Shown here: positions 48,701-56,400 of the stretch, piece by piece
Layout of the letters: each line of letters begins with the position of its first letter
Position numbering within the stretch: position 1 is the stretch's first letter
Sequence record: PV400809.1
Strand: one strand, 5' to 3'
DNA: 64,000 nucleotides
Made by a program: the position numbers and the translations under genes
The notes under the pieces: model-generated
The model's database searches: none
The model's input: only the letters and a program-made list of their open reading frames with translations
What the model was told of the DNA's origin: nothing

Positions 48701-50046
48701 TCCTTAGCCCGCTCCTCTAACGCCCGCTTTACACCACTCTCAGGCGTCTTAAACACATTCTTGTTGGTATTGATCTCGGTTTGGACTTTCTCCACCTCCA
48801 GCAGTTCATCATCTACCGGCGATGTCCACTCTTCAAGATTTGAATCAGCACCTCGTTCTCCCGCTGTGTCTTGCTCTTCGTCATGTGCCTCGCCAGGTCC
48901 TTCACTTCGGCTGAAAACATCAAGGATAGAACCAGCAGGACGATCAGCACGGGGAACCGTGCCCGAGCCAGTATGGTCTCGGGTTTCTGGAAGATTGGAT
49001 GTTTCTTCTTCTTCTTCTCGTGACGTTCCCGCAGCCACTTGGTCAACGGTACCTTTCTCTCCGGCAATTGGGATGACATTTTTCGTTTCCTCTTTAATGA
49101 GTACATTCTCAGGAACGCCTCCACGAGAAAGATTCATCAAAGCCAAATAGAAACGTTTAACCGCATTATGGCGGGTCAATGTCTTCAGACTTTCAAACTC
49201 TTTCCGAGCAGAGGGGTAGGTTTTCTCGTCTTTAGGATTTGTCTCATCTAACCAACCCTTCAACAGCCCCAGTTGTACTACAATGACTTTACTTTGAGAC
49301 GTAAAGAGGATATGCAAATCCTTATACGCCTGGTCAGTGAGTTTACCGAACAAACTGAACGAATACTGGCCAAACAGGAACCCCAGTAGGTCCAACAGCC
49401 AATAGCAGTTCTCAGCCTTCGTACTCTCCAGCATATTGCGCATCAGGACAGGATGGCCGTCCTTAAACCCATCAATAAACCGCCCGTAGTCTTTCTCAAG
49501 CTCAACCAGGGACGGTAGGTTCAACGGCAGGTCAATCCGCATATACTGCCGACGCACCCCTTTCTCGGCTTCTGCATTGATGTTCTCAATGAGCAGGTGC
49601 ATCATGTTGTAGTATTTTTCATAATTCACGAAAATACTCGGACGGTAAACGAACCCCTGAGGAATCATCCCGTAGTTCTTAACGACTAGGACGTTCTCTT
49701 TGTTGTACACCGTGCTGATCTCACGCACCCAGCTGTACATGTAGTGACTCGCCCGGTACGCCTTAACCGCCTTAGGGTAGTCATAGGCGACTGTACGCCC
49801 ATGCCCCATCACCGGCTTATACCCGTCCCTTACAAACTCAATAAAGACCTCTTTAGGGAAGTTACTGATAAACGCTTCACTACTACCCGGTCCCTTTTCA
49901 TTAACCGTCTTCGGTACGAAGTGCAGTAAACTCCCCTTAGGAAGGATCACTTCACCAATACCCAGGACTTTAGGGTTTACAACGTCTTGTTTCTTACGCA
50001 GCACAAAGTGCTTAAAGAACTCGGAATACGTAATTGGATTGCTCAT
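45727..50046 (-). CDS. Virion RNA polymerase beta subunit (phiKZ gp178-like)
   Basis: 1439 aa; beta-like motifs GGTGGRS, KDSGKVG, FRKGDVI, EDSIAIS. Confidence 0.85.
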   Translation of the reverse strand: MSNPITYSEFFKHFVLRKKQDVVNPKVLGIGEVILPKGSLLHFVPKTVNEKGPGSSEAFISNFPKEVFIEFVRDGYKPVMGHGRTVAYDYPKAVKAYRASHYMYSWVREISTVYNKENVLVVKNYGMIPQGFVYRPSIFVNYEKYYNMMHLLIENINAEAEKGVRRQYMRIDLPLNLPSLVELEKDYGRFIDGFKDGHPVLMRNMLESTKAENCYWLLDLLGFLFGQYSFSLFGKLTDQAYKDLHILFTSQSKVIVVQLGLLKGWLDETNPKDEKTYPSARKEFESLKTLTRHNAVKRFYLALMNLSRGGVPENVLIKEETKNVIPIAGEKGTVDQVAAGTSREEEEETSNLPETRDHTGSGTVPRADRPAGSILDVFSRSEGPGEAHDEEQDTAGERGADSNLEEWTSPVDDELLEVEKVQTEINTNKNVFKTPESGVKRALEERAKEGTLTVAEHDFFMRKATRYQHIEMENGQTFEEFIQIKPEEVKDLGGEIEGEFLPVLDESMLRSRAKSLKIEYPQKFLHRDIGRMVLGLQNAGFAMNDYRREKVVSVEGSYEVHSIQLHEVNGDQVTVHTRLPTVLKDGTYVIDGVKQHMQLQRREKPFRKISPREVVLSSYYDRKLMVSRSPKMVDNLSTFMVKQISLQSKRKGYTVTKGSTWDRSLKAPRIYSILARQYKYITVDGLVLDFRLKDLLELHPEFKAYTRPDRFLIGVKDGLPLIIDDYGNLYKGEEELGTVEDLLGIDVRKAPLEHVVINISGYSFPLGVVLCFYFGIDELLRVIKATTRSVPVGTRPKLTEDEYAIQFNDEYLIFNRREKLTTLIFGGMPKLNNISNFSRSDLNNNSIWSALMGDPRVRPSQFQEMKNLFDLFIDPITKDLLKEMKLSEDFHYLLIDAAKALETDYSRHEVEIEEQRIVGYERFAGHLYTEFVKSIRQYRNKGKGRKHKLDFNPDAVIIAIGTDRSTNLVEEVNPVHQVKDQEEVTFGGTGGRSEITMVKRARTQLESYKGVISEANKDSGKVGYVTYTTSDPGIADFRGNVDPKNKRTPTGDGSVTMNLMYGGTHDDVKRAVFTSTQASQAVMAKNYEIVTLRTGYENVLAHRTSDLYSKVAAEDGKVTKVENDRLLVEYKDGTTDSYPLGLVIGEASGEYHPHNRTTDLKVGDTFRKGDVIGWDENWFGRDPFCPGQVGVKMGKMCQIVMVEDQDVYEDSIAISKELAMEARTPFIKPSRFAEDVSNNLVMRVKVGDYVEQDTILCDIEEPHLVEGEELPELEADINKLGIKQIRSKHHGKIVHIDVRYNSPLDKMSDSFRSFIVQKDKETKRKGLVEGTGVENNAISTMFNLNRPMLGPGKAFITFYIESLDPSTNADKYVIGNQMKATVGRIMERPLKTASGIVIDVKSSFKGMFNRMVLSLRNKLVANEYGFQITRQAIKLYRGK

Positions 50047-50225
50047 ACCTCAATATCCTCTAAGCCGCTCGTCGCTGCTTTAAACATAAAGAGAATCGGT
50101 TCATTGATCGGATCATACAAAAACCGACCTGTACCACTGATGTAATACTCCCGTTTCCCAAAGAGTTCGTAGGCCTGTTGTTTGCTGTCTTCCGCTACAA
50201 CAGAATGGCTCGACAATTGGTCGCC
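50043..50225 (-). CDS. Exon 2 of virion RNAP beta' (60 aa; not in ORF track)
   Basis: GDQLSSHSVVAEDSKQQAYELFGKREYYISGTGRFLYDPINEPILFMFKAATSGLEDIEV*; follows the intron terminal G; stop overlaps the beta ATG. Confidence 0.88.
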   Translation of the reverse strand, partial: GDQLSSHSVVAEDSKQQAYELFGKREYYISGTGRFLYDPINEPILFMFKAATSGLEDIEV

Positions 50226-50640
50226 CGCATTGGTCAGTCCATGCTAGGACCCGGCACGCTCAGGTGCCTGCCTGTCTATTAAACAGGGCCAGACTATATC
50301 TTGACCGTAGGGAATAGGTTTATTCCCCCTTAGGTCTCCTCCACTTCCACCCCCTTCCTTGGTAGGTGTACAGGGTCATAACTCCCTTAGTCGTTGAACT
50401 TTACGCGTGGGGTCTAACACCCGGTAGCGTCTTAGCGGCTGATTGTCCCTTGTTTACGACCCTTAGCGTTATTGGTTAGCGTAGGTCAGGTCTGCTGTTC
50501 TTTCTACCTTTCGGTCGCATTCACGCTTACTGTTTCCAGTTACGTTGTAGCCAACAGACTTTTGTGAACTCCCAGCAATTCAGAGGAATACGGTCTAGGA
50601 CTTTCGTGCCTAGCCGGACTAAGTGATGGATATAAACTCG

Positions 50641-51912
50641 TTAACGTGTGAGTTTCTTGAAACGATAACGGGAATGGAGCAACTTACCTTCTCGTGCGCA
50701 AACGATAACGGTACGGGGATTGGCTCCGGTGATTCGGGTAACTGCATCAACGCCATACACAATCGACGTCTCCTGGGTTACCGAATCAAACATTTCATAC
50801 ACAGCTGTAGCAGGGTGCATCTTGCGCCGGATGCATTCCAGTTCGTATTCATTCAAATCAGGCCAAGGGGTCTCGTCAGACTCCCGCTTGAATTGAAGGT
50901 CTTTAAAGGCGGATCTCGGGTTGGTGTTACTCAGGGACGTCAGGATGCCTGTTGTCCCTACCTGTGTTGCTCTAGAGGCCTCCGCCAATGAATTATACAC
51001 CGTGATTTCACCGGTGAAGACATTCCGGGCAAGGATCTTCTTACCCACAGGGGGTTTATAGTCCCAGATCTCTTGGAAGTCACGTTTATCTCCCTCCCGA
51101 CGAAGAACGTACCTGTTCTTGTACACCGAGCGAGGACGTTTGAGCACCAGACCAATACACCAAGAATCCACCTCCATGGTTCTGGCAAACTCATTTTGAC
51201 TGACGTACTTAAAGACTTGACCTAATTCCCTGTCAAAAACCTCCAGGGGATTATTGTCCGCTCTCGCTTCTTGATTGTTGCACGCTTTGAAGGAGTTGTC
51301 CTTAGCGGTAACCCAAATCAAGTTAAAGAGCTTGAAGTTCATCTTGTTACCGTCATTATGATCGACCATTAGCTTGGGGTAGCCCTTAGGCGGCTTACCG
51401 AAGGTCTCCGCCAGTAGCCGGTGGACATACTTGCGTTCATCCCCACTGACCACATCCAGTCGAACAAAGGGGTAGAAACTGTCCACAATGACCTTACCAC
51501 CCAGATACGGTGGGTAAAGATTCTTTCTAAGTGTTCGGTATACCACACCGTCTCGGTTGATTGCGTTGAGTTCAAACCCAGGGATGTAGTAGTACCCAGA
51601 GAGTTCAGGGTAAGGGATGCCCTCTTCAGGATAGACCAAGTAAAGGTTATCCGCTGCAAAGTTTTCTGCATCGTCATCCAGAAAACCTACTTTCACCTGT
51701 TCCCATTCAGAGATAGGAAGGTGGAACTTTCCTTCTCCATGGAGGATCATTAATCCCAGTTTGATCTTAACCAGTTCGTCTCCATCGCCCCGTGCGATGA
51801 AGAACGTGTTCCCGTCTGCCATCCGATGGACCGGAACATCCGTCTTATCAGTGACATTGAAAACTGTGTTGGTTGTAGACAACACGTATTTCTTTCCAAA
51901 ACACGTTAACAT
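50641..51912 (-). CDS. Intron-encoded HNH homing endonuclease with C-terminal NUMOD1-like repeats
   Basis: YVHRLLAETF...VDHNDGNKMN...NLIWVTAKDN; three helix-turn-helix-like repeats; AAGGAG RBS. Confidence 0.88.
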   Translation of the reverse strand: MLTCFGKKYVLSTTNTVFNVTDKTDVPVHRMADGNTFFIARGDGDELVKIKLGLMILHGEGKFHLPISEWEQVKVGFLDDDAENFAADNLYLVYPEEGIPYPELSGYYYIPGFELNAINRDGVVYRTLRKNLYPPYLGGKVIVDSFYPFVRLDVVSGDERKYVHRLLAETFGKPPKGYPKLMVDHNDGNKMNFKLFNLIWVTAKDNSFKACNNQEARADNNPLEVFDRELGQVFKYVSQNEFARTMEVDSWCIGLVLKRPRSVYKNRYVLRREGDKRDFQEIWDYKPPVGKKILARNVFTGEITVYNSLAEASRATQVGTTGILTSLSNTNPRSAFKDLQFKRESDETPWPDLNEYELECIRRKMHPATAVYEMFDSVTQETSIVYGVDAVTRITGANPRTVIVCAREGKLLHSRYRFKKLTR

Positions 51913-51915
51913 CTT

Positions 51916-51967
51916 TACAACTCCTTATGGTCGAATGCGAACACTTCCGCATACAATAGGAGTTGTA
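51916..51967 (-). promoter_or_regulatory. RBS-sequestering hairpin with an internal TATG late-promoter motif
   Basis: TACAACTCCT (51958-51967) is the perfect complement of the RBS arm AGGAGTTGTA (51916-51925); TATG at 51950-51953 lies between them. Confidence 0.7.
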
Positions 51968-51997
51968 TAGTGAGTTTATATCATGCATCACTATCTA

Positions 51998-53440
51998 ATC
52001 ATGGTCACTGTCGAGCAAAGCTTCTCTAGAGGGGTCTACGGACATGGCATCGAAGTAATCGGGATGGACTTCACGTTTAGGGAACCGTTTACAGGTTTCC
52101 CGTACACCCCAATCAATCGGATTACGAATGACCCGCTGACTCGCATTGGTGGTGGTACGTAGGTTAACCTTAGCCGGGAAGATAGAGCCAATTCCCGTAA
52201 TGGGATACCGGGTTTGTCCCGTAATCTGTTCTTCGATGACACTGTGGCAACTCAAGTAGAAGAGTTCCATGTAGGTGATAGGTTTCACCCATTTACGGTC
52301 TTTCCCTTGAGGGAGATCGTTGATGTCATGGAGAACACACACATCAGTCCCATCATCATAAATGAGGGCTAAGTATTTCCACTCAATGACAATGGGTTTA
52401 CTCCGTAGGGAGGGATCAGCAAACCCGTTGAAGAGTTTCATTAACCCGGTGGCGGTGGTCCATTTCTCTACCACTTCAGGGGAGACTTCAGCGTATTCGT
52501 ATTCCAGGGTCTTGGTATTCACCAGCTTAGCGGTTTGAGAGCTGGGGGTGAAGATGTTGGAGAGGTAACCGTTGGTTAACGCATTGATGCAGACATAAGG
52601 GAAGTTCAGTAGGGCTTGGTAGAGCCCCATGTCCGCAGAGTTAGGACCTACACCGTCGTCGAAGTCTAAACGTGTCCTGGAGACTTTACGGGCGGTAATG
52701 ACATTCCGGGTGCTGTTGTGAACCCCCCGGGTGGACATACGACGCTGGAGAACACCCCCTTTCCCTTGGAGTAAACCAAAGAGGTAATTATCCAATTCCA
52801 AGAAAGCATTCTGTACCCCCCACCGAACGGTATCGTAAAGGGGGTTCAGGGCATCTTCCTTATTCCCGAGGATCACCCTCACCCGGAACATTAAGGCGCG
52901 GTAGAATTCAGTGATCTCAGGTTCGGTATGGGAACCATCCGGATTGAATTGGATATCCCTGAGACCCGCGGGGATGACCAGGACCTTATCCGTTAACGCT
53001 GTCTTACGGAATTGGTTCGCCAGTTCTACCCGTTGTTTGCGTTTATGGGAGGGGGTCAGGGAGAAGACAGTTTCATCGAAGTGTTTCAGGAAGAAGGCGA
53101 AACCCTTTTCCCCTTCCAGGATGTTCGATTTTATGAAATCCTTCAATTCGGGATCCCATACCGCGTATTCCGATCCTTTCAAAATTGAATGATACAGACT
53201 TTTGATCTGTATAAGGGCTTTTAGGTAAGTGGGATTGAAGATGGGAAGTTTAACGTCGATATACGCTTCCGTGTTATCGCGTTGTTTACTACCCAGTTTA
53301 CCGAAGATGTCAAGGGAGAAGAGACCATCATCATTGAGGTTCTGAGTCATCCCTTCAAACGAGTCCGTAGACGTAATAGGTTTAAAGACACCCGGAACAA
53401 TCGTCCGGGGGTCTAAGAGGGTAATGTTAGTCGGTTTCAT
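51998..53440 (-). CDS. Exon 1 of virion RNA polymerase beta' (phiKZ gp180-like); spliced product 541 aa
   Basis: beta'-like motifs DGLFSLDIFG, VIPAGLRD, GKGG..RR; ends LLDSDHD at an in-frame TAG that is the first intron codon. Confidence 0.9.
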
Positions 53441-53470
53441 ACGGTTTCCTTATGCGGGAGTGCATTAACA

Positions 53471-56400
53471 ATGGCGGATAATACATTCGATGATTTCGAT
53501 TGGGGAGAGGATCCCTTTACTGGGGATATTGATTTCGATACCGATTTCGATGGGAAGAAACCGGGGTTCATTCGTTCGGTAGCAACCGGGTTTTTGTCAG
53601 GAGTAGTGAATCAGACAGTAGGGGACACCGATGCTCGGTTGAACACCCTGAAGATGGTCCTCCCTAAGACCTGGGGGACTGCCTTTACGACGGCGTCGGA
53701 TATTAACCGTCGTCGGAGAGAGATCGTAGACGAACTTAAACGTGAAAGCTACGACGCAGTCGTGGACCTCCAATACTTGGCTAAACGGGGTGGTGATAAG
53801 TTAGGTAAAATAGCTCCTAATAAGATCACCGGGGGTGTGGCCAGTGGGCTGACTCGGTTTAGTCAGAATGACTTCAGCAGTTGGAAGCCGTATACGTCGT
53901 CGGCGAGTGACACCCCGTCCATGGAAAATGTGGACGAAAATGATGTGAAAGACCTGCTGGGGAGTGAAGACGCCAACTCCCTGTTAGAGCGGGAAACGGT
54001 CATTGGGGTGGGTGAAAGTATTACCGCCATGATGACCGAAGTAGGTGGCCGCACCATTGGGGGATTGAATACCCTGAACCTGAGTATTGGGCGGAGTAAC
54101 CAACTGCTGGAACAAATGGTGAATTACCAACGTAAAGTTCAATTGAGAAATGATACCCTCAAGGTGAACCTGTTGGCACGTTCCTATTTGACCAGCGCGA
54201 AGTTCTACAAGTTCATGGAAGCCAGTAATCACCGGATGATTGCTGAACTGAAGACCATTGCCCTGAACTCCGCTAAGAGTGATTACGAAAAGACCACCCA
54301 CAGTCAAGCGATGCGTAAGAGCATTCGGGAATCGGTCTTCAATACGGTTAAAGGCTCCTTTGGAGGAATACGGGAGTTTATTAACGAGCGGTTCGGTAAG
54401 GATGCGCGAGGGGACGGAATCCGAGGTGCAGGTGACCTGATTGGTGCTATGCGCATGGCGGCGGAGATGTCGGAAGGCATGCCGCTCAACGTAGGGACCA
54501 TGGTGGGTAACGTTGCAGCCCAAATGTTCATTAGCAACCTCCCCCGGATGATCAATTCCCGGAAAGGGAAGGAATACGTTGCTAAGTTCAAGAAACAATT
54601 CCCGGAACTGGGGAAATGGGCGGATAACGCGTACGCGCAACTCACGGACTTGGGTAACGTAGCGTCGTATAACCTCAGTAATGCGGAAGGGATGGTCAAT
54701 ACCCTTTCGGAATACCACAACTGGGGATCCTCGTTTGACGAGGATGGGGACTACGAACAATACCTCAGTACGCTCCGTTCAGGTCAAAAGCCGTTGGGTA
54801 AAGTGGAATGGACGGTTATTAATACCCTGAAGAAAGGGGCGAATAAAGGCATGGCGGGGTTGTTGGATGAGATGTACCAACCCACCGGGAGTCGTTACAG
54901 CCTAAAACGTCGGGGGTTAATGGATGCCCACGAACCGGAGATCTGGAACAAACAGTCCTCCCGTACCCTGAATGAAGTGATTCCCGAACTGCTCAGTCAC
55001 ATTCACTTGTCGATTGAAAAGATCCGTACAGGGGATGATACCCTTAAAGCATCGAGTTATGACTACGTGCGGGGTAAGTTGGTCAGCCATAACCAAAAGG
55101 TAGCAGATACCTTTAACCGGGTGATGGATAAAGACCAATTCAAGTCCCAAGCGGATACGTCCCTTCGATTGGTGGATTCCATTGACCCCAATAAGGAATT
55201 GTCCAACGAAGCCCGCCGTGTATTGGCGATGCAACTGGTTCAGAATGCGGATAAACGGAAAGGGTTCAGTCCGTACCTGTACATGAACTTGGAGACCAAA
55301 GGAGTTAACCGTCAGGTAGCGGATGAAATCCGGGAATTGTTCCAACGGAATTTTGATATTACCCCGGAAGCCTTTACGGCCTTTAAGGAGGGCAGTACCC
55401 TGGACCGGGCGAGTGCTATTGCTCGTCTTCCCACAGAACAAGCCCGAGAACGCGCCGCTAAGTTAACGGAACAATCCAACCTCCTGGGTCGGTTTATGCC
55501 TGACATTGCCGAACGCGTCGATATGTTGCGTTCGTCCGGGTATTACAACGTCATGAAAGAAGCTGGCATCATCAAGTCTGAAAATGGCCACGATGAAGTC
55601 AATATGGACACCTTCCGGAACGTCCTCCAGTCCTTCATTGACAACCCTGACCGTGCTATGACGTATGACAACCCTCTGGAAGAAGCGGTGCGTAAGACCC
55701 GTTCCTTTGGCAGACGAGGAAGAGGACGTCGAGACGCCGGAGGTGTGATTGCGGCTGAGAACGCTCAGTTGAATGAAACCCTTCAGGGTGTACGGGAAAC
55801 TTTGGATAAACTCGGGGCGCATATTGAGCAGGGAGGTGTAAGTCGTTCGGGTCTTACGGATCCGTCTTCTCTGTTCACCGCTCTGAACGACCAGGTGACC
55901 CAAGGGAACAGCCTGCTGGGTAAACTGGTAGAACTGGGAGGGAACCGTAACGATATCCTCACCAAGATCTTGGAACGTCAACCCTACGAGAAAACCACCC
56001 CTGAAGCTGAAGAGGTCATTCAACAACAGAAACGGAGTATTCTGGAACGGATTAAGAGTACGTCGTTTGGGGATCTGTTTAATAAGGGAATAGACAAACT
56101 CCTGGATAACCAACCGTTGGTACTGGGTGGCTTACTGGGTGGATTGGCGGGTATGGCGATCTACAACCCGAAAGGCGCTGCGTTGGTAGGGGGTGGCTTG
56201 GCGCTAGGGATGGCGTATAACAAGTTGCGTGCCAGAGCGGCTGCTCGTCGAGCCGAGGACACGGAAGACCTGTACGAAGAAGGGTCCGATACCCCGATCC
56301 TTGAATCCTTTAAACTCTTTAAGGGTGAGTATCTGGATATGCTCACCGGGAAGATCATTCAGGGGTGGGATCAGATTACCGGGAGTATTAAAGACCTGGC

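Larger units (their letters stand above)
50226..51997 (-). mobile_element. Group I intron (IA-like) in virion RNAP beta'
   Basis: P AATTGCTGGG (50571-50580), Q AATCAGC (50438-50444), R AGTTCAACGACTA (50388-50400), S AAGATATAGTCT (50291-50302); P3, P4, P7, P8 and P9 pairable; exon 1 ends in U and the intron ends in G. Confidence 0.92.

Noticed and set aside
51995-51997. beta' as a pseudogene, or stop-codon readthrough at TAG
   Set aside because: Intron core elements and an in-frame exon 2 explain the stop; readthrough would not supply the GD residues
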